DNA of 64,000 nucleotides from Antedon mediterranea (GCF_964355755.1 NC_092672.1:22333237-22397236); one strand, 5' to 3'; shown: positions 35,021 to 50,055, counted from the first letter of the stretch. Numbers and translations are program-made. Notes: generated by a model not told the origin, from the letters alone.

Positions 35021-38000
35021 TTAACTTTCATTTAAAAAGTCATCTCTTAATTCTTTTAATTTAACAATAACATTGGTAGGCAATCTACTAGTTGGTGTTA
35101 AATTAAATATACTTATCACCTCCTCCTTCGATATTATTTCTCGCCATTCTTGTCCATCTTTTTCACACAGAACAAACCGGGAAGTATACGTTCCAGTGTA
35201 CCACACTACTTCTACCTTATTGTTATTTATGCTGAATATTTTGCCTATCTGAGGCCATTCTGTGGGATATCTCCTTAAAGCTGTTGCTACCATAGCACCA
35301 ACATCGAGTTGCTGTGGTGGCTTACGCTTCGAAAATTTACCAATGTGTACCTAGTAGTGTGGGAGAAAGCATAGAAAAGTCATAATCATTTTTCTTACAA
35401 CCCTAAAAATATAGAATTTTCGTTGATGCATTTGCTTGATGCGATTATGAGATCATATCCCAAATATAAGCACTGCTTTAAACTATGTTGCATTACATTA
35501 AATTTTGAAAATCTATAATATCTTTATCATACCGGTCTTATTTCATTTTCATTATCTGAGTCACTAATGTCTGTCTCGTTTCCATCAGATTCCTCCCTCA
35601 TAGGGCTTGCATTGTTGTCATTAAAAATGATGTCATGGAGCAAAAATCGCTGTTCATTTCCTAAAAAAAAAGAGTACGTATTAGTTTTAAAAAGTAAATA
35701 ATATACATTCATACAAAATATCATGATATATTTATGCTGAGGTGTTTGTTGCATAAAAGCTGGGCCAATACATTGCGCACCATGCTAATCAGATGCGGAT
35801 TGATTGATTTTATCTTATGAATTAATCAGGAGGCATGTTTCTCCAGTGTACTCCACTAGATATCAGTCATGTTATTTGATAATTTTAGGTTCTCACATAA
35901 AATGATCAGTGGAAGCATGCATTGGTGAATGTGACCCAACATAGTTGTGTGGAGTAAATAGTTGAATTTTGTTATAGCTGCTGAATCTATACTAAAATCA
36001 AATTTCTCTTGTTAACCAAAAAATATATGTGTAAAATGGTGAAACATCACACATGCAATGTAGTACAGTACATACCTTCTGTGATCTCTTCTATATTATT
36101 TAAAAATTCCTCCCACCAGTCACGTTCTTCTATTCGCAAAAAATTTGCAACAGACGCCAGACTTTTTTTTAACTTTGGTATATCTGCATTACTAAAATCA
36201 GGAGTACACAACACTGGTATATCAGCAGGGCTTTCCTTGAGCAAATATGGAAGTGTGTCCATTTCTCTTGCACATTCACACCAAGTACAATCCGTTGACC
36301 AGTTCTTATAGGACATGATGCATTTTCCGGTTTGAGCCAAAACAAACTTAAACTGGTGTGGTTTGCTGTGGTAACGTATGTCTTGCATGTATGGTACTAA
36401 CCAGTTCTTAATGTCATGCAGATAGGAAATGATACTTGATGTAATCGGCAACTTTTTGTACGAGTTTTCAACAGCACTTCGAAGATGATCAAGTGTAGAT
36501 GCTCTATATTTGTTCAGGTATTTGGCCACACATGAAAATAATTGGGTCAATATCCTCGGGAGTGTGACCCACCATTAAAAACCCAATCTTTATCTGAAAG
36601 AGTAAAAGAAGTAATGATTTAAAATTAAAACTTTTCAAAGCAAAATAAAAAAAAATACATTTTTAGTATATTTCCATTTTTTCCTCATCTAGTTAGACTA
36701 GAATGTTATTGAATATTTTATGTCTTTAGATAATTACCAATAGTAAATTAATTACTGTCCTATTAGGCTGGTGGAAATCACCCAACACAGGGGATATTTT
36801 GTGGTGAACGAGAACAGGGTAAATGAATGATGAACTGGGTTCTTTAAAGTGCACTGTGTATACTGTTTTATTATTTATATACCATTTATAAATGTATAGT
36901 CATTTACCTTTCGAAAAATCTTTAACTCTACAAGAAGAGCACATAGGGCAAAAACAAATCTGTTTTTATTATCCTTTCCGCTATTGTCCAACTGCAGATA
37001 TAAGACTGGTGGTAGAGGTTGTATCTCTGACAGCACCGTCAGTATAATGTTGCAGGTTAGGTTTGAGTCATGTGGAAACTGCTTTAGGTCAATGAAGCAG
37101 TGCCCATGTCGCCCATGTACCAGAACACCAGTTACATGTGTGGCTAGTTTCCACATCTTCGAAGGAGTTGTGAGGCCCATCATACATGCATCTGGATTGT
37201 ACAGTATGTTTTTCCAGTATTTTATTATGAATGAAAATTGAACCTACAGGACTTTCTGCATAACATTGAAGTGAATTTATAAAAATACGTTAAAAAATAC
37301 TTCAGTCAATGAAGATGACATGGATTTTGTCCATTGGTACAAACCATAATAAGTGTAAAAACGTAAACATACCTCAGGTATTACAATATGCTTGAATTCA
37401 ACACACCAAAACTTGTAGAATGTCGCTAATGCACACACATCTTCATTTCTTAGCTCAAACTCATCTTTCATATGCATGTACACATCATGTTTGGTAAGCG
37501 TTGATGGTAGATGGATTTGTCCGTTAGTTGGCATTTGATCACCGTATTCATTACAAAATTTAATAAACCAAGCCCGACACTGTTGAGTTGAATTGCTATA
37601 TACCATCTTTCTGGTGAAGTTGGGTGGTAAAAGATAACAGCATCCTTCTGAAAAGAAATAAAATGTAAATTTCAAATATTAGGAATTTCAAATACTGTAC
37701 TATTTTATTATTGTTTGGTTTAATCCATTGATTAATGACTTATGATCATTTTGCATTATCTTTCTAACATAGTGTTAAGCATATTAATTTTATTGTGTAA
37801 AAATAATTAAACAATAATCAAATGCATTCTATCTATTCATTTAAAAAAAAGTTATTCTCCACTCCTCGTCAGATCCTGCCTATGTCCCTGTATAATACGA
37901 CTATAAGTATAATGGAAAGTAATCTTCACACAGTCACAGTAATCTTTCCGTTTCAGCAACATTAAAACACATACATTAAAAGTAATATTAACAGCATGTA

Positions 38001-39252
38001 AAATTAAATAATGTAAAATGTACTGTAAAACTAAACAATTAATTACCAATAGCTTGCTTCCTTATTTTGTAAAAAGTTGACCGGCCAATACCATTTACTA
38101 ACATCCATGCTTTTGCACAAACTTTGTTAGCACCAACTAGTAGACAGATTTTGGTGGCACCTCCGGATGTGCTGAGATGTTCATTGAAATATTTAAGGAT
38201 CCAACAGCGTTGTTCATATTCGGTCATTGCTTGAAATGCTTCCCTTGTCTGTTTTATTTCTCTAAAATTTAGCATACCAATGCACATTAATGCACAACAG
38301 CAGGTCAAATACAAGTTGTGTATTGGCTGTAGGTGATTCCTTTTCCTTTTTTCTACAGAAAGAATAAACTTACATTATCCATTGGCAAAAAAAACAAACA
38401 AACAAAATAACAATTATATGGTACCAATTGCGGAAAATGTGATCAGTCAATACGGTTTCAGAAGTTTTGGAGGTTACGTAAAACTAGGTGACTAATTCGC
38501 ATTAATATATAGATACTTTTAATTCTTTGACAAACAATTTTTTTTTCGGTTCAGATAATTCAATTTCAATTTTCGAGTGTTCAATTACAGGTTGTGCAGG
38601 TGCCTTGTTCATTGGACAGTCCTACCTATTTACATACCATACAGACATAACATTAGAACCTGACCATAGAATCAGACACAAATGGAAACAACCAGCAATT
38701 TCCATATCTTTTAGGTACAGCACAACCATCAACATCAAGCACTATTTAATAAAAGTAGTTTTAAAAATTAATGACATATCAAACCTACCACTACGCTTAC
38801 TTGTGTGATTAGAGATTTTAATCTCATCATCACTTGATCCAGATGAATTAAGGTAATTAGTTTCTACAGTCTCTAGGCCTCCTGTATTTCTCTTGCAGGC
38901 TAAATAAAAATATAGTAGTTTAATATTTATAGCAGCCTATGCAACATACATGTACAGTAATTCTTCATTTGGGGTAACTGGTGATTGATAGCAGACATTT
39001 TCAAATTTTGGATAGTGGAAGATAATATTTTGATCCAGGAGCTATAGGCTTTATGGGAGGTTATTACCATTTATCCTTTTTTTTTCACCATTATTCTCAT
39101 CGTTATTAATAATGAGGTTTTTGTTGTATTTTGTTATTTCTGAAGAATGCACCTTTGTAATTATTAAGTATGCTAATGATTTAAAGGTGTAGTAGGGAAG
39201 TAAATCTAAATAAATAAACTAGCCTCTATAGAGGATACTAATATCTACTGGC

Positions 39253-39296
<44 letters not shown>

Positions 39297-41428
39297 TTAT
39301 TAGGCTGGCTGCTTAAAAGGTAATTCCCTACCCAAGCCTAGATGAAGTTTTGTATAAAGTTGGTAGGAGCCCTACTAAGAAAGGTTAGCAAAAGCTCATG
39401 GTTAATGTTATTGCTACTGACCTGCTGATATGTCATCATCGGAAGTATCGACATCGGAAGTATCGACATCTGTTGTAGAAACCTCCCATGCTTTTCTCTC
39501 TGCTGCTGGAGGAACTTTGGTAGTTGTTACTAGACAAACAGAGTCTATGTTGTAATCAGAAAATGTGCAATTTAAACTATTATCATAGAAATACATTTAT
39601 TGTTTAAAAGGGACTGCTAATTTCAATTTTTTATTTTATGATTCCAGATCAATTATTTATTTTACATATCAAAATAATTTCTTTTTTTTCCAGTAAAAAA
39701 CCCTTGCCAAGGGGACATTATTTTGTTCCTGAAGCCTTAATAGGGGTTATACTGAACGTAACTAGAGGTGGTCCAGTGAAATAGAAAACGTTAACAATGC
39801 AAACTTCTTTGTTAAGAACAATCTCAACGCACACAATTGTGTTATAAGTACGGAAAGGTAAATCAACAAAAAAAAAACTATACTCAACGATAAATGTCCC
39901 AATCGAATACGACATTGCTACCTCCCAGATCGGGCCCATAAAAACATAGGGATAGGCCTAGAGGCGGCCTCTACTCTAACCTAGTAAATAACTACATAAC
40001 ATGTCATTGTATTGTTAAAGTTACTGACCTGCTGACTCTGTCGGTATGTCATCATCAGAAGTATCGACATCTGTTGTAGAAACCTCCCATGCTTTTCTCT
40101 TTGCTGCTGGAGGAACTTCGGTAGTCGAAATCCCAGTAGGTGACCCTTCTGTATCATCAACAGCAGAACATCCATTATTGATTGATTGAATTGAACCGTT
40201 CCCACGTACAATTAGGCCTACTTCATCATCTTCACTTGAAGAATAGTAAAGCATACGCTCAGTTGGATAAGCAGTGCTGTGTGTTGTTGTTACTTGACAA
40301 ACAGATTCTGTATCGTAATCAGAAAATTTGCAATTTGATTAAATTATTATCATACATAATTAATTAGATATTAAATCAAGAATGATTCCACCGAAATTTT
40401 GAGTTAAAATAACGATAGTGAAGCATATGAATAGGCAAACTGCCTAAAAATTGACATGTTTTGAGAAACTATTCTCATCTTCCACCAGAACAGAAAACAA
40501 CGCCTAGGCTTAGAGTACTTATATACCAATAGGACAGGTTGTATGTAAATGAGGAAGTAATTAGCATGATAAAACAACAAGGAATGTAGGCAACAAACAA
40601 TCATATGGCAAGCGTGACGCCTATTCATCAAATGCCTCACTATCGTTATTTTAAATAATTAATTATATGCCACACATCGTAAAATATTTAAATTGAAAAT
40701 GTGTATGTTTGATCTCTTCTTTGGGACACCCTTTCCCACAAACAAGTGGATATAGGCCTATTAAGGGGGCCGGCACACATTTTGAGTGTAGGCCTACCTG
40801 GAAAATGGTTGATTACCCCTATTAAGTTTTTTCTATCCCAAACACAGTACAGTACTACATACTAAAATTCCCATATGAATAGGCCTAGGCTAGAGCCTAT
40901 CTCTAGCTAGGCTTAGTAATAAGTAATATTTACTAGGCCCAGGCCTAGGGCCTAGTACTAGGCCTAGTAGTAGTAAATAACTAGGCCTCTAGGCCTAGGC
41001 CTACCTAGGTATGAACATTCATTGTTGTAGGCTAGGCCTATTGTATTGTTATACTCACCTGCTGCTGCTGACTCTGTCTCAAGTCTGTATGTCATCATCA
41101 GAAGTATCGAAATATGTTGAAGAAACCTCCCATGCTTTTCTCTTTGCTGCTGGAAGAACTTCGGTAGTCGGAAGAACTTCGGTAGTCGAAATCCCAGTAG
41201 GCGACCCTTCTGTATCATCTACTCCTAGGACTAGGCCTAGGCCTAGGCCTTCTTCATCGTCTTCACTTGAAGAATAGTATAGCATACGCTCAGCAGTTGG
41301 AATGGAACAGGGTGTTCTGTCGTGCCATCATCAGAAAATGTGATATTCATAATGTTATTATCGTAGAAATATGCATCGTCTTCGCTTGAGTATTGAAGCA
41401 TTAGCTCAGAGTCGCTTATCATGTTCAT
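35021..41428 (-). pseudogene. Multi-exon Sola-like DDD transposase with Cys-rich N-terminus and Tudor/SH3-like C-terminus; approximate exons 41058-41428, 40025-40254, 39417-39596, 38787-38899, 38047-38354, 37372-37647, 36909-37190, 36076-36594, 35533-35660, 35021-35350
   Basis: LYLQLDNSGKDNKN and IGFLMVGHTPEDID-QLFS (1-nt frameshift ~36546); YGDQMP...IHLP; CCCALMC...VCAKAW...GIGRSTFY; GT-AG junctions. The first catalytic Asp region was not found. Confidence 0.8.
39253..39296. repeat. (TAG)n microsatellite
   Basis: About 14 tag units. Confidence 0.9.
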
Positions 41429-43184
41429 GATTTAACAAATTGATAAAAGAAATGAACAATATACGGTTTTATGTTCATTTAACCGTCATTCGCATCTAAT
41501 CTTTGGAAAAAGCGCGAACGAATTTGATTGGCTGCTGATCAACGTTATATTTCATGGGACGTCGTCAACGTCCAATGCAATTACAATACTGTACTTTATT
41601 CATTTTAAAACAAACTGAAATTGTCCACTTTTCCATTACTGAAACTGATTTACTGATTTAACCTAAAGCCATAGAAATGTAAACTAAAATATGCGTAGTA
41701 CATGAATATAGAGTAACAGTAACATTTCTAGTTTTTAATCTTTCTCAGTTTACTTTTAATAATGCTTTGTTTTTTTACGTTTTGTTTTATATTTGAAGAT
41801 ATCAAATTTGTCAGTGGTTTGTCATGACAAATTATACTTTTTAAATATGTTTTTTAATGGTTTTTATGTATATTTTTTTAAAAATATAATTATGTTTATT
41901 TACTCTTGTTGCACATCTCCCTCATTGAGACTGTGCCTCTGATAAAGAGATACAAAAAAATTCATAACATAATTAACTGTACGCCACATTAAATCTTGAA
42001 AAAAAAGTTTATATAAACTTTAGATTCTATCATCAAAACACTTCCCCTATTATGATCAAATCATCTTTCATGTAAACTTGGCCTATTTTTCAGAAATGAA
42101 TATCCTTATAGTAATACGATGAGTGGTAAGTTCAGAGCTTGGGATTTTTTTAGGAAACAATGAGTTTGAAAGAATCCCAATTTGATTGGTCAAAATTATC
42201 GCTACTTATACGTCCGCTATAGATGGCGCTTTTTTTCATACAGATAACTACATAAACAGAACACAATTGTTAAAGAATAATTAATAATATTAAAGAACCA
42301 ATTCTTTTAATTATTCCTTGTATAAAAATTGTCCCCATGTATGGCAAGATATTCCTAATTTTATCATATATCATCTTTAATTGTCTGTACACACGAACCA
42401 TGTTATCTGTATATTTAAATGATTGTTCACACAATTTATTATATCTTATGTATTTTTATTGTTTTACTAAGTTTTATGATTGAAATGCAGTATAGATAAC
42501 CAATTCGATAGTGCTTAGCACTCAAGAAAGGAAATCCCCAGGTTGCTTTGTTGCGTTGTTTGACTGCATGAAAATTTAATAAAATAATTCTGTTCGATCC
42601 TTTTCCTTCATCTATATGGCTTGTGTTTTGTAATTTCTGTGTGCATGCTATACATGTTGGCTTCGTCTATGAATTTGTTACCGATTGGCTATTTCCTTTG
42701 ATTGTTAATGCGTTGGTGGTTGGTTACAATCAGGCCTGCATATTATTTTTCAAAATTATAACATTTTAAATTTTGTTGTAAATTGATGCTTTCAATAATG
42801 ATTGTAGATCATTTTCACTATTTCCAATGAGAATTATATCGTCGGCCAAGAATGAGTCTTTTTATCAATAAAAAATATTAATCTCTTTCTCTTTGAAATC
42901 TTTTGTAAGTTCATTTATATATAATATTAACAGAATTAGAGAGAGAGAGAGACAGCCTTTGTGGGTTGAAAAAAATGGATCATTTTCAATATAAATCCAA
43001 ATTACTAAAAAAAAGACAATGTTGTGGGTATCAGTGTGGCTGTGGGTATCAGTGGCTTGATCTTAATAAAGATACAAAATAATATAAACAAAAAGCTAAA
43101 TCTAAACGATACAATTTAAACAACTTGACAAAATTAGCAGAGCTTTCGGGCAAAACTAGCCCTTCATCAGTGTGTAGAAATCAA

Positions 43185-43445
43185 GCGCTGCCTGAGTGGA
43201 CTGGAATAAAAGAAATAAAACAAAAGAGGCATAATGCTGGTGAAAAGAGTGAGATTAGAAAACAATAAAGATAGCTTGGTATATATAAACAATTTAGAAA
43301 TTGAATTAAAAATCAACTCAAATGGTGGTTAATATTGAAACATTAAATTTAGGTAGTCGATGGAATAATTTTACCGATCTGGGAATACGTTCCTAATGTT
43401 AAGTCAAAATATTTCGTGGTTTTAAGTAGTAATTCCAAGTGGTTT
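43185..43445 (-). repeat. Dispersed repeat; inverted copy of 47866-48105 and 49628-49868
   Basis: gcctgagtggactggaataaa...ttaagtagtaattccaagtg is the reverse complement of cacttggaattactacttaa...ttattccagtccactcaggc. Confidence 0.85.
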
Positions 43446-44059
43446 TCATGGTCTGCCCTGTCGTGAAAGAACGTCTCAATTGACACATTTTAAAAAAGCT
43501 TTTTGGGCAATTTAGGGAATGATACACCTTGTGGTGCATTCGGATTTTCAATTACTTGCAATTATTGTTCATTCCGGATGATAACAAAAACACGTTTGGT
43601 TGATTATCTGAAAATTATGCAGTATGCAGTTGAGAGGTTATTTCATGACGGGGCAGAAATGTAGGCTAATAATAATTTGTTTTGCACAATGCATGGTTAA
43701 TATTAAACATCTTTTTTTATGCGAGTCTTCCTTATTACTTTCATTTAAACGAAACACAATTAAGTCACCTATGTGCGCTCACTTTGCTTTTTCACTTTGC
43801 AATGTTATCGATAACTTTAAACGAAGGGAGCCAACCGAAGCGCACCCGCATCATTTGGACGCAATCATAATGGGTTTTTGGACCGATGTCTTATTAACGT
43901 TCCCTTTTGTAATGAAAATTATGTATAAAGGGTTTTTTTCGGGCCGACATAAAAGTCATTCGAGATTCATGACATTTTTCGTTCTTTAATTTTTAAATGC
44001 CAAGGAGAACTAAAATTAGCAAAAGTATAGTCACGCGAGGGTTTATGAGTGCTATAGGA

Positions 44060-45130
44060 TGCAAGTACAGCACGTTAGTAAATCAGGAAAGGTATGGATG
44101 ATTTGTATAATGATATTGTTTGTGCTCTATCTAGTGCCTCCAAAATGTGTTTTAAAAATAAGAAAATAAAAAATGGGACCCACATTCCAGGGTGGAATGA
44201 AAATGTCGCAGAATGCCATAATGTGGCTAGAGAATCATTCCTTCTATGGGTTAATAATGGAAAGCCTAAATCTGGTTCATTATTTGAGGCGATGCGTTTT
44301 AAATGCTAGTGTAAATCAGAAGAAGAACAGCATAGGGCTGATTCTATGGTTAAGTCTTTATTAAAAAATGATTATGCTGATTTGTGGAAAAGGTTTATAA
44401 GTCTAAATCATGTACTCCTGTTCTTACTTCTTCTTTCTTGGAAATTTAAGAAATACTTACAGAATCTTTGGATAATGTTAATGGTGAATATGATAATTAT
44501 AAGTAACCACTGGGCAGCTCATTTTGAGGAGCTGTTTAATTGTGTTCATAATGATAGTAATAAGGATTATGTTCACAGTATACTTGTTAATTGTAATGAT
44601 GATTGTGGTTGTGAGGTAAATGTCCAACAGGTAGCGGGCATTATTAAAGATTTATCTAGTGATAAATTGTTCCGATTTTAAAATCTAAATCAGGTGATAT
44701 TACGAGTAAAAGCAATTAGGCCTATAGCTTTAGCTAGTGTGGTATCTAAGGTACTAGAATTTGTATTAATTAAATTGTCCGGAGATAGCCTTAAGTCATC
44801 TGACCATCAGTTTGCGTTTAAATCGGGTCACTCCACAGATACATGTATATTAGTCTTAAAACAAGTTGTTGCATTTTACAGTCGGCAAAATAGCCCTGTA
44901 TATGCTTGCTTTCTTGATGCCTCTAAGGCATATGACAGATTAAATAACTCTTTTTTAAAAATTGTTAAACAGAAAGATGCCAACCGCAATTGTAAAATTG
45001 TTATCGTGTTGGTACTCACAGCAACAGTTTTGTATTAAATGGGGAAGATCTATCTCCCGATGGTTCTATGTAAGAAACGGAGTGCGACAGGGTGGAATCA
45101 TGTATCCGTTACTGTATAATGTTTACATTT
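44060..45130 (+). pseudogene. Degenerate non-LTR retrotransposon ORF2 (RT), RTEX-like
   Basis: IPGWNENV...ARESFLLW...GKPKSG; RPIALASVVSKVLE; QFAFKSGHST; CFLDASKAYDRL; NGVRQGG; several frameshifts. Confidence 0.88.
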
Positions 45131-47776
45131 CCCAAGAACCAGTGGGAATATTAAAAGAAAGCCGATCACGCTTACTAACATCTTTTAAACGGAGTTTTGG
45201 ACGACGATATCAATGCCTGTTGCCACTGAATTGGACTGTGACTTTCATATCTTGTTCTTACGTGATATTAGGATTTATTGCTAAAAATCATATACAGTAT
45301 AACCAAAGTTAAATATAAACTATGAAATATGAGTCTATGAAACATTTTAATTAACGCTTGAACTTTTTTTAAATTAATGTGATTGTAAATAGGGGCCTAC
45401 CTGATTTGTATTAAAATGTTTCTAGGCCTATAATTATCAATTATTCCTTATATTCATCTGAATATAAAACAAAAGTCTACTTCCGAATTGGCAGGGTCGG
45501 AGTCACTATAATGTAATTAGCTACCCCATTTGGACGGAAAATAATAATAATAATAACGTTCAAATTACTAATATAATGTTCAGATACTTTAGTCTAATAC
45601 CACCTCAGCCCGACCATGGGGTTGGTTAGAGCATTTTTTAGAAATAGGGACATAGCTTAGATTGCTAGCAATTCCACTATTAACTCTTGATAATATCACA
45701 GATAAGTTTAAAGTTTTAAAAAACCGCTGATTATAGTTTCAAGCAATAAATAGATAGGACTGGACATGCCCTCTAGAGTAAAACTAGGTAAAACTATAGG
45801 AATCCATCCCAAAAACGTATTGGATTTGTTTCCGTTTAAAAATCTTTTCATTTACAATAATTTTTAGTTCATACATTAAATGCCAAGGAAAACTAAATTT
45901 AGCAATATTATTTGTTTAGGGGTGCAAATAAAAGTGAAAACTATAGACAAGATGTAAAGTAGTCTAATGTACCGTTTCTTCGATAATCTTAATTTTACCT
46001 ATACCTATACTTTTATTCAGACATTCCGGATTTTTAATCCTCTCAAAAATAATGTTAGCTAAAAGTAAGAGTGCATTGCCTGGTCTATATTCCTGAAAAA
46101 AGTTTTGTCGTCTCTCGATTTTATGATGCTGTGTCCGATTCTATAAATACGTTTTATATTAACACTGGCAGTATTTATCTATATTAACGAACACATCCCT
46201 TTTTACTTTCCGTACTTTTGAACCTTCTGAACATAGTCTGGTTATACTGAGATTGTTTATCTAATTGAATTCGTATCATATATTACGTAATATTAGGATA
46301 TATTGCTAAAAATCAAGAAGTAAATAATTGTTCGGGTTGAGTGCTATAGGATAGAATTACAGTTATGAAAAATGTAACGAACAATACACTTTAGAAGTTG
46401 TTTGAATCCCATCTAGTCTACACGCTTTAAACTATTTTAATTTGATCGTAAATACCTATATTCGTGTCATTGATATTACACGATTGCGACATGAATTTTC
46501 ATCAAAGTATCATACATTAAAAGTGATGCTGGTGATTGTAAATAAAGCTCTTTTAAATGGCAACCATATACCATACGTTTCTTATAGACCTAATCCGTTA
46601 GAAAATTAAAATACTTTTAAAACTTTTAATTTGCATCTCCTATTTAGGCATCAAAACTTATTGTGTGTTGTCCCTTAGATGGAAACCAGGCAATCTAGCA
46701 CCAAAATAATTTCGTAATTATATACTGTAGGCCTAGTGTATATATTAATATAAATCACTCGAATAATGACAATACAAGTTATTGCCTATTCCCTATCGAA
46801 GTTAAAAGTTCTTCTGTAGGACTAAGATACAGTCACTAAAGGCAATATTGTATGTATGTTACCTATTAAATACAAGCCCGTACTTCATCATTCAACATAA
46901 TTAATAATTTCGCCATGCAAACTTCGAAGTGTTTTTTTGTATACTTTACTAAGTACTTTCCATGTATTTTAAATAGTCAATTAAGCTAAGAATATAGAGC
47001 ACCGTGTTTTTATAGGTTCATCTTTTAAATGTGTCTCGTTGTGTGCTTTGCATCTGTTTAAAAAAAAATCGTCACATTTGTCTTAGCTTTCGGAGTCAAA
47101 AATCTCGAATGACTTTTATGTCGGTCGAACAAATTTATTATGATGAACTCGTATGTTGATTCTCTCTCTCGGACAACATCTTTATAAAACTGGCTAATCG
47201 TATCTTAGCGGTATCAGGTCGGCTGTCTTCGTTTTGCTTCTAGATATCGCATTAAGCTATTAGTAGGCCTACCTGACATAACCGAGCTATCAAAAAGCGA
47301 ACTTCAATCACAGAGGTGACTTATTTGTCCCAAATTTAGTTGAGAATGTTTTAAGGCCTAAACGAATTATTATTACAAAATTTAGTGGGCCTATATTATA
47401 AAGTGATTGGTTTAATGAAATTAATAACAAAGACTCGAATTAAAAAGTACAGTATAATTAATCATGCACGTGTAAAACAAATTATTATATTAGCCTATAT
47501 TTTAATGCCAACACTTTTCCAATACGTGCTTAAATTGGCTTTGATTGTTGCTTCATAGAAAACCATAACCAATTAATTGTCTAACCAAAAATGTCATTTA
47601 TCTCATACACTGTAATATTTGTAGTGAGTGGTAGAAACCAAAACACTCTCCGTATGAGAATGACACAGAGATCAGCTATAAAAAACATTAAAGTTTTTCT
47701 GTAACCGAAATGTTAATTCAACCTACTTGCAGAAATCGCACAGGACTTTTAATGTAGTCCTGTTGCTTTCAAAAGT

Positions 47777-50055
47777 CATGTCGCAATCGTTTAATATCTT
47801 ATATCAATGACACGAACATATTAGGTTGTCAAATGGAGCGACAAAACTCGCAAAGACAAAAAAACACTTGGAATTACTACTTAAAGCCACAAAACTGTTT
47901 GATCTTAACATTAACATACTCCCAGATCAGTAAAATTATTCCATCGACTACCTAAGTTTAAGGTTCAATATTAACCACCATTTGAGTTGCTTTTTTTAAG
48001 ATACAATCCTAATTGTTTATATCTACCAAGCTATCTTCATTGTTTTCAGCTTGTGCCTTGATCCTTTGTTTTTATTTCTTTATTCCAGTCCACTCAGGCA
48101 GTGCTTGTTTGCTTCATATTCTCAATTTTGTCCTTTCACTTATAAAGGGCTAGTGGATTTATATTTAATGTTTTTTTAAATTTCTGTTGTTTTAATTCAC
48201 ATAATGTCTAAAAGATCGCAATAATAATGAAGCTTTTGAAATGGATGTAAAATATTCATATTCTCAATTTTGTAAAAGCACTTCCACTGATATAGTATAT
48301 TATCCTATTAATTAAATATGACAAGTTGTACAGGTAGTTTCAGTTTTTATTTTCTATTGTTTTTGTATATTTTTTTTTTAAAGTAATTGTGTTGCTTAAA
48401 TCATGGAGGTATAAACATATTTTGATATGCTTAAATGTTGTATGTGTGCCACTGTTAAATATGTGTTGCTCCAAATAAATATTATTATATTATTATTACA
48501 AGGTACAGTATTCATTTCTGAAAATTATATACATAAAAGATGATTTGATCATACAGGAAATTGTTTGAAGATAGAATTTAAAGTTTAGATTTAACTTGTT
48601 TTAAAGATTTAATGTGGCTATACTTTGATATATTATAAACGAATTTAACAAAACTCTTTGAAATTTATAATTCTATTGAGCCTATATGCGTGGTACGGTC
48701 ACTGTTACTCTTTATTCATTGATTTAAACTTCAGGATAGACTTTTTATTAGAAAGAAATAAACACACCAGGGTTAAAAGGGTTAAATAATCCATAATTAA
48801 GCGATATATCTACACTGTGAGACACAAAATGCTTTCATAAAATTACACATTTATACCTTTGCTTAATAATAATATTTTATAATAATTCATTTTAACGGCA
48901 CTACGCCTACATGATGATCATGGGTAGCTAATGGCATGGGGCTCCGACCCTGTATGCCACTTTTGGAAGTGTTTATATTGATGTTGCAAACAATTTCATT
49001 ATCAAAATTTATATGTAGAAGACAAAACTGATTAATTAGTGTGCATGATGCATATAAGAAGTAATTACTGAAAACTATCATTGTAGTACATTTTTTATAG
49101 TATTAGTAGTACTTTATAGTATAAAGGGTGTATAAAGTTGTGCCTTTTTAAGCATGATTTGAGTGATAGTTGTTTTTGGGGTTGGCAATTATTGCGACAA
49201 AATTGTAATGTCCTTGACGTTATTAATGCCTAATTTCCGTGACAGAGATAGGCCTAAACCCTTATATCAATAACATATCATTGGATTTTTTTTTTAATTA
49301 ATGTGATATAAAGGGATAATCGCAGAAACAGCACAGAACTCCGAATTCCTAAAAATGCTCTAAACATTAGTCCCAATCATAGTCGAGCTGACGTGGGTTT
49401 GGACTTCCAAATATACACAACCTTAAATTACCACTAAATTTCAAAAACGTTGCGCCGGTTCTGAATATTATATCTAATCTGAATGATATAGGCCTAAATG
49501 AATAATACTGATACTTGCAGAAACCGCAAAGAACGTTCAATGTATTGCATTCAAAAGACATGTCGCATTCGTGTAATATCTTATATCAATGACACGAACA
49601 TATTAGGTTGTCAAAAGACAAAAAAAACTTGGAATTACTACTTAAAGCCACAAAACTGTTTGATCTTAACATTAACATACTCCCAGATCGGTAAAATTAT
49701 TCCATCGACTACCTAAGTTTAAGGTTCAATATTAACCACCATTTGAGTTGTTTTTTTTTAGATACATTCCTAATTGTTTATATCTACCAAGCTATCTTCA
49801 TTGTTTTCAGCTTGTGCCTTGATCCTTTGTTTTTATTTCTTTATTCCAGTCCACTCAGGCAGTGCTTGTTTGCTTCATATTCTCAATTTTGTTCTTTCAC
49901 TTATAAAGGACTAGTGGATCTATATTTAATGTTTTTTTAATTTTCTGTTTTTTAACTCACATAATGTCTAAAAGATCGCAATAATAATGAAGCTTTTGAA
50001 ATGGATGTAAAATATTCATATTCTCAATTTTGTAAAAGCACTTCCACTGATATAG
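47777..50055. repeat. About 500-bp direct repeat pair (47777-48294 and 49559-50054)
   Basis: catgtcgca...atcaatgacacgaacatattagg...cacttccactgatatag present twice at high identity. Confidence 0.9.
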
